A stretch of DNA of 64,000 nucleotides, taken from the IMG/VR virus record IMGVR_UViG_3300003332_000015, positions 18,576 to 82,575 of that record; one strand, written 5' to 3'. Both the position numbers and the translations under genes were made by a program. Within the stretch, counting starts at the first letter, position 1. Each line of letters begins with the position of its first letter. The notes below the pieces were generated by a model. The model saw only the letters and a program-made list of their open reading frames with translations, ran no database searches and had not been told where the DNA came from. Shown one piece after another: positions 1 through 9,641 of the stretch. This stretch comes from a virus. Lineage: Duplodnaviria > Heunggongvirae > Uroviricota > Caudoviricetes.

Positions 1-1814
1 GGAAAAGAATAATATGAAAACTCTAAATACCCTGGTGATAAATTAGGAAACTCTAATGTTTCGTTTATAGTAATAGTTACATCATCACCTACAAAAACTG
101 TTTCATCATTAATAGTATTTGCTGGTATAGTACCAACAGCCACATTATAATTACCATCTGTTGATAATTGATTATCAGAAATTTCTTTTCTATATATTTC
201 ATTAGATAAATAGTTTAATGTACCTAACTTTCTACTAAATAATTCTAGTCTATCAGCGGCTAATAATACTTTTGAATAAATTCTAAATTCATCTATTTTA
301 CCAACGAAGAAATTACTTGCATCAGCTGAACCAATATATAAATCATCAGTTGTTGTAAAAGTTCCTATACCAGATACATCAACACTGTCTTGTTCAACTG
401 AATCTACAAAAAGCTTCAATGTAGCACCTTGAGTAAAAGAAACGGATAACATGAACTCACCAGCTTCGAACGTTGCTAGTGCCATTGTATAACTTGCTGT
501 AGCTGAACCTGATCCACCTGTTACAGTTACATCGATAGAAGTATTTGATGTATTATAAAAAACATTTATATACCCATTAATATAAGCCATTGAAGGATCT
601 GTAACAATTTGAGTTCCTGGTGTTATCCAAAAATTCCATTCACGATCATCATCATCAAGTGTCATACCTGCTACTAGTGCCTCAGTATCTGTTCCATTCC
701 AACCAATAGTTTTACCTGATACTCCATCTTCAATAGTAAAAGTTCCTAACATATTTGCTTCAAAATTTCCATAGTTATCATTAAAAGTAGTAGTGTTTAT
801 ATCCTCAAAGGATACATGAAAATCAACATCAGTCATTAATGCTTGATTGTCTATATTGAAAAAACTTTTTGTTCCTGTACCAACTACAATATATTTAAAT
901 AGACTGCTTAATATTGTTATTAAAGGAGGATCTTCTATAGGAGTTGCATTGTCAATAAATCTATAATTATCTGTTACTGAAGCATATGTTTTTAATAAAG
1001 GAATTGTATATTGTTCAGCAACTGTTCCTTGTGCTATATTTTCTGCAACACTATACTGATTAGCAAATCCTTGATTACCCATTGGTAATGATAAGTTGAT
1101 TCCTATATGTGGTATGTTAGTAACTTTTCTACCGTACTCAACTCCCGCTGATAAGTAAGCTAAATAGTCAGCAGTTATTAAAACATCTTCAAGGGCTCCG
1201 TTTTGTAGTAGGTTACCTATTTGATATTCAATAGCTAAATGTTGAGTTGGTTTAATAACTATGTCTTGATCTAAATACCAAACTTTATCTGAATCTAAAT
1301 ATAAAAGAGGGTCAGCATCTAATGCCGCTGAAAAGTCTTGATATTCATTATAGTGTAATATTGAAGTAAGTCCTGTAAAAGGAGTTGCAATATCATGAGT
1401 TGATAAATTTAGAAAAGTTGCTGTATGATCAATAGCTCTTGCAAGTGTTAATGAGTCTTGAAATAAAATATATGTTTCACCATCTTTAGGAACTAATTTA
1501 AATAGATAATTGTAAAAAGTATATGTTGCTTTACTCTTAATCTTAAAAACAATTGAATCAACTTCTTGTCTTATATAATCTATATCTTCTTTAAGAATTA
1601 AGTTTGGTGAATACCCAAGAGATTTAGATAAATCAATTAACTCATTTATATCTGTATACTGATCAGTTTGAAATAATCTTTTTTTAAGTTCTATTTGAAC
1701 TTTAACTAATTCTAATTCATCTGATACAGCATCTAAAAAATCTTCCCATAGTGGTTGGTTCTTAACCATATTAGGTGTGAAATTTTTAAGATCTATTGTA
1801 GCTGTTGTTGCCAT
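1..1814 (-). CDS. Baseplate wedge/tail protein with LamG (concanavalin A-like) domain; partial, runs off the window start
   Basis: Not in the ORF track. I translated it from ATG 1814 (AGGA SD upstream): MATTATIDLKNFTPNMVKNQPLWEDFLDAVSDE..., open to position 1. Contains LYIGSADASNFFVGKIDEFRIYSKVL (LamG signature) and follows the gp6-like gene. Confidence 0.6.
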   Translation of the reverse strand, partial: MATTATIDLKNFTPNMVKNQPLWEDFLDAVSDELELVKVQIELKKRLFQTDQYTDINELIDLSKSLGYSPNLILKEDIDYIRQEVDSIVFKIKSKATYTFYNYLFKLVPKDGETYILFQDSLTLARAIDHTATFLNLSTHDIATPFTGLTSILHYNEYQDFSAALDADPLLYLDSDKVWYLDQDIVIKPTQHLAIEYQIGNLLQNGALEDVLITADYLAYLSAGVEYGRKVTNIPHIGINLSLPMGNQGFANQYSVAENIAQGTVAEQYTIPLLKTYASVTDNYRFIDNATPIEDPPLITILSSLFKYIVVGTGTKSFFNIDNQALMTDVDFHVSFEDINTTTFNDNYGNFEANMLGTFTIEDGVSGKTIGWNGTDTEALVAGMTLDDDDREWNFWITPGTQIVTDPSMAYINGYINVFYNTSNTSIDVTVTGGSGSATASYTMALATFEAGEFMLSVSFTQGATLKLFVDSVEQDSVDVSGIGTFTTTDDLYIGSADASNFFVGKIDEFRIYSKVLLAADRLELFSRKLGTLNYLSNEIYRKEISDNQLSTDGNYNVAVGTIPANTINDETVFVGDDVTITINETLEFPNLSPGYLEFSYYSF

Positions 1815-1826
1815 TTATGGTTTCCT

Positions 1827-3545
1827 TTACTGTACTATATATTCAGTAGTTACATCTGTTATTTCTTCTACTCTGAATATTTGATTTCTTGTTTTTAGTT
1901 CAATATTAATTTCATCATTTTTATAATAAGTCTTAACAGTATAATCACTAAATGTACCTGATATACCACTTACTATAACAAGAACTCCTTCGCCAGTTAC
2001 ATAGTTAATTGAAGAACCAGTTAGGTCATATCCTGCTTCAGCTGTAAAGCCTCCAAGACCATCGTCAACTCCAATTTTTACATATCCTAAAGCTAATTCT
2101 TGTATATAAATTGAAATAGATTCTTTTTCAATATCATAAATATCTAAATTTATATCCCCTAAGTAAGTATCACTTAAAGTTGAATAACTTATTAAATCTA
2201 AATATGAAGTATGATATTCAATACCATCAATGGATTTAATATAACCTTTCCATTCTACTTCATACATTGGTTGTTTAAAATCCATATTGTCTAAACTATA
2301 TCTTTCTGTAACTCCATCAATAATAGCTGTTTTAACTATTGATAAAATTTTTGTAGGATCTTTGATAAATGCTTGTACATGAAAAGCTAAGTAAATAAAA
2401 TCTGTATCAATAAAACTTACTATATCTGTAGGAGGTTTATCTTCTTTAATACTTGTTATTACTTCTGTTTTTTGTGTGTTATCTAGTTGTTCCCCTAAAG
2501 GAGTGAAAGCAGATACACGAACGAAATTTTCTTCTGTTGGTATGTATGTCCATAAGTCAACATTATTATCTAAGTTATATTCGTATGCACCCCAAACAGT
2601 TGCTTTTAATATATAAGGACTTTCAGCTAATTTAACTCTATAATCTTTTTTAGCAACCGCTTTATCCCCTGCTTGAAAAGTATCAACACCATTTGTTCTG
2701 ATATCTTCTAAATCTTCTTCTTCTTTTCCACCTTCAATGTTAGAAGTGTTTGTACAATAAATATCTATTTGAGCTGCATCTATATCATATATAGTTGAAT
2801 CAACTGTAGTTACTATATTTATACCTAAAACATTTCCAGTTACACCTAATGTTTCAATATACTTAAAAGCAACAGAATCTCCTGACTGTAATTTAGTACC
2901 AAAAATATCATTACCAAAAGTAATATCTATACCGTCAAAATTTAATTTATTTTTTAAAGTATAAACAGTATCAGTTGAAGCAGCTGCATTTAAGTCATCA
3001 ACTTCAGTCCATAAAGCTCCATTAACCCATACTTCATAATATACGTTTTCTATAATACTATTTGTAATTGAGATCTCTTCGTATATGTCACCATTAGCAA
3101 CATAATTAAAAGTTTTTGGTTCACCTTGAACTACTGGTAAATCTATATAATCATCTGTTATTGTAATGTTCGTAGTTATTGTTGAAGTAAACTTTTTAGT
3201 ACCATCTGAAAATATAGTCCATTTTGGGAAAGGAACTATTTTAACAGGAGGGGCATCAAAAGTAGGAGAAGTACTTACTCTTACATAACCAAGTCCTCCT
3301 AGTTTCCTATGAGCTGAATACTGCATAAATTGTGATTGTGAAACTAAAGAACTTTTTTCAGTTGCTAAGTCCCATCTTGTATTACGTGTTAAGAATTCAT
3401 CATAAGCTGCTAGTTCAGCTATTGCTTCTGAAACTGAATCTAATAATCTACTATTTGTACTGAAGAATAATACATCAGCCCATGAGGCTTTTGCTCTAAG
3501 CCCTGATATTAATCTACCTTTTACTGAATCAAAATCGAATTGCAT
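1827..3545 (-). CDS. Baseplate wedge subunit (T4 gp6 / baseplate J-like)
   Basis: 572 aa with SNIEGGKEEEDLEDIRTN...FQAGDKAVAKKDY, typical of gp6/J; baseplate gene context. Confidence 0.85.
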   Translation of the reverse strand: MQFDFDSVKGRLISGLRAKASWADVLFFSTNSRLLDSVSEAIAELAAYDEFLTRNTRWDLATEKSSLVSQSQFMQYSAHRKLGGLGYVRVSTSPTFDAPPVKIVPFPKWTIFSDGTKKFTSTITTNITITDDYIDLPVVQGEPKTFNYVANGDIYEEISITNSIIENVYYEVWVNGALWTEVDDLNAAASTDTVYTLKNKLNFDGIDITFGNDIFGTKLQSGDSVAFKYIETLGVTGNVLGINIVTTVDSTIYDIDAAQIDIYCTNTSNIEGGKEEEDLEDIRTNGVDTFQAGDKAVAKKDYRVKLAESPYILKATVWGAYEYNLDNNVDLWTYIPTEENFVRVSAFTPLGEQLDNTQKTEVITSIKEDKPPTDIVSFIDTDFIYLAFHVQAFIKDPTKILSIVKTAIIDGVTERYSLDNMDFKQPMYEVEWKGYIKSIDGIEYHTSYLDLISYSTLSDTYLGDINLDIYDIEKESISIYIQELALGYVKIGVDDGLGGFTAEAGYDLTGSSINYVTGEGVLVIVSGISGTFSDYTVKTYYKNDEINIELKTRNQIFRVEEITDVTTEYIVQ

Positions 3546-3549
3546 ATTA

Positions 3550-3944
3550 TTACACCTTTGCCTTTATCTTTTCTTCTACAACTACATGAGTTTTTAAATC
3601 TACAGAGTAAACCTCTAAATAAATATACCAATATTTACCTTCGTAATTTGGTTCTACCTCTAGTTTTTCAATTGCTAAAAATGGTTGGTAGTCTTGGTAT
3701 AGTCCATCTCTAATTGCCATTTTTAAACTGTCTGAACTTAGAGTATTCATTGGCTTTGCAAGTAAGGGAGTTAAGTAACCACCTCTATTTGGTGACCTTA
3801 CTAAGTCTGCTTTAAAAGAAGCTAACCAATGTTTCAAAGATTGATTAAGTGCTTCTTCACCCCATACTTGTTTTATAGCACCATCTTCTTGTATAGTACC
3901 TAAGTAGTCATGATAACGTATTTTTCTATTTTTTTTAATCCCAT
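3550..3944 (-). CDS. gp25-like baseplate wedge/sheath initiator; 5' end has a frame problem
   Basis: The frame of ORF 3550..3837 stays open upstream (RYHDYLGTIQEDGAIKQVWGEEALNQSLKHW...SPNRGG), a gp25-like pattern. The only ATG (3944) is one base out of frame across an A8 run. Confidence 0.7.
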
Positions 3945-3947
3945 TAT

Positions 3948-3960
3948 ATTATATTAGTAA
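3948..3960 (-). promoter_or_regulatory. Putative late promoter TTACTAATATAAT
   Basis: Exact motif upstream of the gp25/gp6 operon. Confidence 0.7.
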
Positions 3961-3966
3961 AAAAAA

Positions 3967-4329
3967 TTACTCTCCTAAAACTTTAGTTTGTCCAGCATTT
4001 GTTATTGTTACTTTAACAGTTAGTGAACAAGCCCCTCCTCCACTTAATACACCAGGAATTAATGGGATTGTTACTTCGTCATCTACTCGTAAAGGAGTAT
4101 TTCCTTCAACTCTATTTTTTAAAGATGTTGCTGGCATATAACCAACACCAGCTGAGGTTGTTGTACAGGTACCATCACTTGCTCCTATAGGTACAGTAAC
4201 TTGTGTATTATTTTTATAAATAAACTGTCCTCCTGCTTTAACTTTTGTAGACGGCGTTTCAGTGAAAGAAGCTGACCCCGCTACATCTAAACTCAAAGTA
4301 CACCCTTCTACAGCAACCTCTTTACCCAT
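3967..4329 (-). CDS. Probable baseplate spike-tip protein (PAAR/gp5.4-like)
   Basis: Small Gly/Thr/Cys-rich protein directly after gp5; TKVKAGG...PLRVDD...ITNAGQTKV pattern of spike tips. No literal PAAR motif. Confidence 0.55.
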   Translation of the reverse strand: MGKEVAVEGCTLSLDVAGSASFTETPSTKVKAGGQFIYKNNTQVTVPIGASDGTCTTTSAGVGYMPATSLKNRVEGNTPLRVDDEVTIPLIPGVLSGGGACSLTVKVTITNAGQTKVLGE

Positions 4330-4916
4330 TACTGTAATACCTCAAAATTTCCACCATTTATAGTAACACTTGTTGTACCCATAGTTATATCATTTCCATT
4401 TTTATCTTTTAATTTAGTACCCGAACTATCTATAGTTATTTTATTACCAGAAGACTCAGATAAATATACATAACCATTACTGTCTATTATGTAGTAAGTA
4501 CCTGAATTATGAATAAAACCATTATCTCCTGTTTGCCTATTATAAAAAGATATTGATCCATCATTCAATAATGTGAAATCAACATTTGGATATTCTGTAT
4601 CAGTCATTTCACTTACTGTATCGAGTTTAGTTTTTATTGCATCATAGTCAAACAATCCTTCAATCATTATTCCATGTACATAATAAAAAGTACGAAATTT
4701 ATCGTCTGTTAATATAAGTATTTTACTGCCCACTGTAGGTGGATGAAAGTCATATTCTTTATCTGTCATACCTGTTGTTATAAAAGGTTTTGCCCATGGT
4801 AATAAGTCTTCACTCATGTCATTAAATTCAGGTAAAATTTTAATTTTAATTTTACCCTTTTTATCAGGATCATTTATATCTATTACTTCAGCATAGTGTC
4901 TATTTAATTTTATCAT
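4329..4916 (-). CDS. Baseplate central spike (gp5/gpV OB-fold plus short beta-helix)
   Basis: AEVIDINDPDKKGKIKIKI...LPWAKP...PPTVGSKILI OB-fold motif; C-terminal beta repeats. Confidence 0.8.
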   Translation of the reverse strand: MIKLNRHYAEVIDINDPDKKGKIKIKILPEFNDMSEDLLPWAKPFITTGMTDKEYDFHPPTVGSKILILTDDKFRTFYYVHGIMIEGLFDYDAIKTKLDTVSEMTDTEYPNVDFTLLNDGSISFYNRQTGDNGFIHNSGTYYIIDSNGYVYLSESSGNKITIDSSGTKLKDKNGNDITMGTTSVTINGGNFEVLQ

Positions 4917-4929
4917 ATTATTTTCCTTA

Positions 4930-6126
4930 TTATAAAAGTTTAGGAGTTAATAAATAACTAGAAGGGACTTGAATATATTTTCTTCCTAAAACTAATTTAC
5001 TATAAGCTCTATTACCTTGTCCTTCCCATATATGTTCACACTCAATAATTATATATTTACCTGAAAAGTTTTTAGATAACTGTTCACCTTCCTGTTGAAC
5101 AGTATATACATTAAGCTGTACAGTTTTACCAGCATGATATTTTGGATTCATTGGTTGCAGTATTAAAAAAGTATCTATAAACTGCCCTTCTCTTTGTTCA
5201 TGAGTATGAAACCCTTGTGTATTTTCACTATCCTTTGTTTCATCGTGTGGCATTGGTTCATAAGAAAAATTAAAATCAGTTATATTATCTTGATACTCAT
5301 TTATAATGGGAGTACTTAAATTCGACTTAGGAGGGTAATCAATTAAAGCGTCTTTATCTTCTACTAAATCTCCAGTAGAAATATCAATTGAGAATAATTT
5401 TCTATTTTGTAATTTCCAAAAATGTTTATAATTAGTTTTCCATTTCTTTATTTGAGTAGTATAATTACTTACATCAACTTCTGTTTCTAAATTACCAGGT
5501 ACTACTTTATACTCGATAGTTTCAACTACTCCTTCATCTAACATAGATTGTAAATTTCTAAAATGAAAAATATTATCAGTTGTTACATAAGCATAAAAAG
5601 GAGTATTGTTTGCATTGACTGAAAAAGCAAATGGTAATAGTCCTTCCTGTATAAACTTTGCATCGGTAATTAAAGGTTGATACCATATATCTTCGTTACC
5701 TGTATCATTAATATCTAAAGAGTTAAATGAATACTTTCCTAATAACTTTTTAATTGCTTTTGATATACGGTCTTTGTGTGCTTCACTTCTAATACTTTGT
5801 TGGTTAAACCATTCATGATTCATAAATAAGTCTATATTACCACTTATATATCCTGGTAATTCAGGAGAGTCCATGTAGTCATACAATACTCTATAAGTAG
5901 ACTCATTTATAGTTTTTTCATCTCCAAAACTTATTTTCCATTTTGATCCAATAGTAGTTTGTAAATATTCTTGCATTAAACCAGTACCATCATGTAAAGT
6001 CATATTAGCTGTTGCATACAATTTGTTAATATTATCAATAATAGAAAAAGAATAGTCCTGTGGATCTATTTCAAGTAGTTTATTATTGATTGTTATGTTT
6101 GCTATGTGTATATCATTTAATCTCAT
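4930..6126 (-). CDS. Baseplate hub (gp27/gpD-like)
   Basis: Position before gp5; C-terminal AGKTVQL...FSGKYIIIECEHIW motif of hub proteins. Confidence 0.65.
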   Translation of the reverse strand: MRLNDIHIANITINNKLLEIDPQDYSFSIIDNINKLYATANMTLHDGTGLMQEYLQTTIGSKWKISFGDEKTINESTYRVLYDYMDSPELPGYISGNIDLFMNHEWFNQQSIRSEAHKDRISKAIKKLLGKYSFNSLDINDTGNEDIWYQPLITDAKFIQEGLLPFAFSVNANNTPFYAYVTTDNIFHFRNLQSMLDEGVVETIEYKVVPGNLETEVDVSNYTTQIKKWKTNYKHFWKLQNRKLFSIDISTGDLVEDKDALIDYPPKSNLSTPIINEYQDNITDFNFSYEPMPHDETKDSENTQGFHTHEQREGQFIDTFLILQPMNPKYHAGKTVQLNVYTVQQEGEQLSKNFSGKYIIIECEHIWEGQGNRAYSKLVLGRKYIQVPSSYLLTPKLL

Positions 6127-6129
6127 ATA

Positions 6130-6441
6130 TTATACTCTATATTTATAATAAAAATTTTCTAAATCAGAACTACTAGGTAATGATAATTCCTCACCAGGAA
6201 CTTTATTTTGTATAAGACCAATACTATTTAACCATAGTATAAAATCATCAAATTCAGATATACCATATCTTTTATTCATCATAACATCAATTCTTAAAAT
6301 GTCAGGTGTTTGCAAGGAGTATATATCTGAACTATCAGTATGAGTAAACTTTTGGATAGGTATAGTAAATATATCTTTATAAGTTTCACCTTTATCTGTT
6401 TTAAATACTGTATCTTGTGCTAAATCATAACGTGATCTCAT
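6130..6441 (-). CDS. Baseplate gp53/tail X-like (LysM-like) protein
   Basis: DILRIDVMMNKRYG...FILWLNSI...PGEELSLPS pattern and synteny. Confidence 0.55.
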   Translation of the reverse strand: MRSRYDLAQDTVFKTDKGETYKDIFTIPIQKFTHTDSSDIYSLQTPDILRIDVMMNKRYGISEFDDFILWLNSIGLIQNKVPGEELSLPSSSDLENFYYKYRV

Positions 6442-7113
6442 TTATACTCCTCCTACTCTTGGTTGAGGTGGTCCATTAAATGTTGTTGATAAAATATTCT
6501 TTGTTGCTGTATAAACTGAAATAACATCTAAAGAAATTTTACCCCATATAGGATAATCGTTTTCGTCTGTCTCACTACTAAATGTTGGTTCAGCTTTTTT
6601 AACTATTGCATTACGAATATTTATTATATTCCCTATTTCTACACCAATTATTTGTGTAGTTGCTTTATCACTTTTATCTCCAAAAGCTGCTAATACACTT
6701 GGACCAGGTGCTACTAAGTTACCAGCCTTTCCTTCACTAGGAAGTGGTAATTTAGACAATTCTATCATAGGTAAATATACCTGTTCATAAGCATCAGGAT
6801 TAGTCTTATCAATGTAAAATCCTATTGTTATAGAACTAACTGATAAAGGATCTGTTCCTGTCCATACTTGCATACCAAGTTGTTTAAACTGTCCTGAAAA
6901 ACCAACTCCAGTAACATCTCTTGATACTGCACCAAGTACATCTATAATTTTACTATTTCCTCCACCTAAGAAAGGTTCAAAACTAGAGGATAAAGAAAGT
7001 GTTATATCCGACTCTATAATTAATTGTTGTTCCGGTAGTATTTGTGTTCCACCTACAGAAATTCTAATTTCTTTACCTTTAGGTATTTTCATTCCTTGTG
7101 TACCAAATGCCAT
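6442..7113 (-). CDS. Tail tube initiator / baseplate tube cap (gp48/gp54-like)
   Basis: Follows the tape measure gene; WTGTDPLS...FSSETDENDYPIWGKISL motif. Confidence 0.5.
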   Translation of the reverse strand: MAFGTQGMKIPKGKEIRISVGGTQILPEQQLIIESDITLSLSSSFEPFLGGGNSKIIDVLGAVSRDVTGVGFSGQFKQLGMQVWTGTDPLSVSSITIGFYIDKTNPDAYEQVYLPMIELSKLPLPSEGKAGNLVAPGPSVLAAFGDKSDKATTQIIGVEIGNIINIRNAIVKKAEPTFSSETDENDYPIWGKISLDVISVYTATKNILSTTFNGPPQPRVGGV

Positions 7114-8840
7114 TATAATACCTCTGTTGTTAAGTTGTTCATTATACTATGTGGTGTATATCTTGATACAAAATTCTGTTGTAATACAGTACCACCACCT
7201 GCTATTGTTTCTGGTTTATTTGCAATACTGCTTAGTATGTCTTTTATACTAGTTAATAAATTTTCACTTCTAGAATCTTTAATTGAACTAACATTACCTT
7301 GTGTTGATTTATCAATAAGTCCTATAGGGTTCTTACTAGCAAATATTGTATCATCAGGATGAGTTTCTATTATACTTCCATCAGGTCTTAATATTGCATC
7401 ATTTACAGGACGTGTTAAATAACTCAATGGATTTACAGTAGGAGTACCTAAAGCTGCATTGTACCCTGAATCTGATTTAGCTTTACTTACAAAACTTTCA
7501 TCAATTTCAGGTGTTTCGTATCCTGTTATCCAACCAAACATTGATCCAAATATGTCACCAATTTTATTAAAGAAATCTTTCACAGGTTGTATAAGATCAT
7601 TAACAAAACCAATAGGGTCATCTATAAAGTCAATGAACCCTTGTTTAATATCTTGAAAGATACTTGATACTTTATCTATAATATTTTTAATTAAATTAAT
7701 ACCAAAACCAATAGGATCGTCTATAAAAGATTTTACTCCTTCAATTACACTACTAAATATTTGAGTTACAGTATCACCAATAGAAGTGAATATAGGAGAT
7801 ATCTTAGACCATAAGTTTTTAGCAAAATCAGCAACAGCCCCCATTTCAGATTTAAATTGATCCCATCCTTCTTTAAAACCTTCTGCTAACATTCCTGGTA
7901 ATTCTATAAACCAGTTACCAAGTGTAAAAGCGGCTTTTTTAATTCCACCCCAAAAAACATCTTTAAACCAAATACCTAATTTGTCCATTGCCTTTGCTAT
8001 TTTTTCACCACCGATAAATCCAAGTATACCGCCAATAGCTGCCCCTAAAAGACCACCTACTAAAGTACCTATTCCTGGTGCAACAAGTGTTCCAATACCA
8101 GCACCCATTAGTGCCCATTTACCCATTCCTTTAAAGGCATTCTTCCAACCTTTTCCAGTTCCACCAAGTACTCCACCTATAACAGCAGACAACTTAGATG
8201 TACCCCATTCACCAGCCATACTATATGCTTTGAAACCATCAATAGCCATCCATATCAAACTACCAACGATCATTCCTATTGCTCCTGCTTTCATTAACAT
8301 AGGACCAAGTTTTGCTAGTCCCGCCATCGCTCCTCCACCTAATAACATAGGTAAAAATCCTTTTAACTTATCTAAAAATCCACCTTCTTCTTGTCCTTCT
8401 AAAAGAGTGTCAGCTATGTATACTGCTTCAGGATTAGTTTTTAACATATTAGATCTAGTTGGTTTTCTTTTCTTTTTAATACCAAACATACTACCAAGTG
8501 AAGTAAACATTGTACCCATTTGGTCAAATGGTTTAGTTATAAAACTTGTATCACCTAAAAAAGTATCTTCAACAAAAGATTTAGTTTGAGATCCAAAATC
8601 TTTAACTGATTCAGAAAATTTTTTATTACTCTTAATAGTTTCTTTATCTTCTTTAGTTTTTGGAGTTGGTTTTGTTTTACCTTCCTCTATTTTCTTAAGA
8701 GATGTCTCTTGTTTTTTATTAGATTTTTCTGACTTCTTTAGTGTACCTGTTAGAAATTGAGTCTGTTCAAATATTTCAGTAAGCACATCAACTGCATCTT
8801 TCTCTACTTTGACTGGAGTTAAAATTGGTATATCTGACAC
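7113..8840 (-). CDS. Tape measure protein
   Basis: Gly/Ala-rich hydrophobic helices, amphipathic W/F repeats, DAILRPDG...THPDDTIFASK C-terminus; position in the tail module. Confidence 0.75.
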   Translation of the reverse strand: MSDIPILTPVKVEKDAVDVLTEIFEQTQFLTGTLKKSEKSNKKQETSLKKIEEGKTKPTPKTKEDKETIKSNKKFSESVKDFGSQTKSFVEDTFLGDTSFITKPFDQMGTMFTSLGSMFGIKKKRKPTRSNMLKTNPEAVYIADTLLEGQEEGGFLDKLKGFLPMLLGGGAMAGLAKLGPMLMKAGAIGMIVGSLIWMAIDGFKAYSMAGEWGTSKLSAVIGGVLGGTGKGWKNAFKGMGKWALMGAGIGTLVAPGIGTLVGGLLGAAIGGILGFIGGEKIAKAMDKLGIWFKDVFWGGIKKAAFTLGNWFIELPGMLAEGFKEGWDQFKSEMGAVADFAKNLWSKISPIFTSIGDTVTQIFSSVIEGVKSFIDDPIGFGINLIKNIIDKVSSIFQDIKQGFIDFIDDPIGFVNDLIQPVKDFFNKIGDIFGSMFGWITGYETPEIDESFVSKAKSDSGYNAALGTPTVNPLSYLTRPVNDAILRPDGSIIETHPDDTIFASKNPIGLIDKSTQGNVSSIKDSRSENLLTSIKDILSSIANKPETIAGGGTVLQQNFVSRYTPHSIMNNLTTEVL

Positions 8841-8866
8841 ATTTTTTTCCTTATATTACTATATAT

Positions 8867-8879
8867 ATTATATTAGTAA
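8867..8879 (-). promoter_or_regulatory. Putative late promoter
   Basis: Exact motif upstream of tape measure; overlaps the HNH stop codon. Confidence 0.7.
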
Positions 8880-9506
8880 TTTTTTGTCCTGTAATGTTTT
8901 TTTTACTTTCTCAGATATTTTTCTTTTAGTTTCTTCAGAATGTTTTTTATCTTTCATTCCTTTACTTTTACTAGGGTTCTCTTTATGAGATTTTGACATT
9001 TTTCTTTTAGTTTCAATATTATGAGTATTTCCATAATTAGCATTATTTTTTCCTTTTTGAGTTATAGACATTTTTTTTCTAGTCTCATCACTACGCTTTT
9101 GACCTCTATTAGATTCTGCTCTTTTTCTTCTAGTTTCAACAGATTGCTTTATTTTTATTTTTCTACCTTTATTTGCTTTCCCTATTTTCTTTTTAGTTTC
9201 TTCAGTGTGTTTCATTTCTTTTTTTAACTGTTCATATTGTTTAGATGTTAACTTATTTTTATATTTAGTAAATCCACACATCATATAAAAAGCTTGAGTC
9301 ATTTGTTTTCCGTAAACTTTCCATAACATTAAGTGGGCTATATAATGCTCACGTGCTGTTAAAATAATTAAGTTTTCATCTTCATCAGAACCGCCCAAAC
9401 TTTTGTGTATAATATGATGATTTTCTGTGTAAACATTTTTTGGGATTGTTCTTAATTTTCTTGAAGATATAAAATTGTCGTATCTGATTTTATAAAGGTT
9501 ATTCAT
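8868..9506 (-). CDS. Free-standing HNH homing endonuclease with NUMOD3 repeats
   Basis: ENHHIIHKSLGGSD...LTAREHYIAHLMLWK HNH core; HTEETKKKI / RSDETRKKMS NUMOD3 repeats. Confidence 0.9.
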   Translation of the reverse strand: MNNLYKIRYDNFISSRKLRTIPKNVYTENHHIIHKSLGGSDEDENLIILTAREHYIAHLMLWKVYGKQMTQAFYMMCGFTKYKNKLTSKQYEQLKKEMKHTEETKKKIGKANKGRKIKIKQSVETRRKRAESNRGQKRSDETRKKMSITQKGKNNANYGNTHNIETKRKMSKSHKENPSKSKGMKDKKHSEETKRKISEKVKKTLQDKKLLI

Positions 9507-9552
9507 TAGAAACTCCTATAATTTTTAACTTTTAAGAGTCGGGAAACTCTAC

Positions 9553-9565
9553 ATTATATTAGTAA
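9553..9565 (-). promoter_or_regulatory. Putative late promoter
   Basis: Exact motif between RNA element 1 and the HNH leader. Confidence 0.7.
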
Positions 9566-9575
9566 AAGAAGAATT

Positions 9576-9634
9576 AAAGGTTAGATATAGGGAGTTATTC
9601 TATATCAGCAGGTTCCCGCCTGTTGTCCCTTTTT
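9576..9634 (-). ncRNA. Putative structured cis/trans RNA element, copy 1 (three-way junction with two pairing loops)
   Basis: Minus strand: AAAGG GAC AACAGG[CGGGAA]CCTGCT GATATAG[AATAACTCC]CTATATC TAA CCTTT. The loops are complementary to leader hairpin loop TTCCCG (9540-9545) and to the RBS GGAGTT (9511-9516). Confidence 0.7.
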
Positions 9635-9641
9635 ATTTAAT

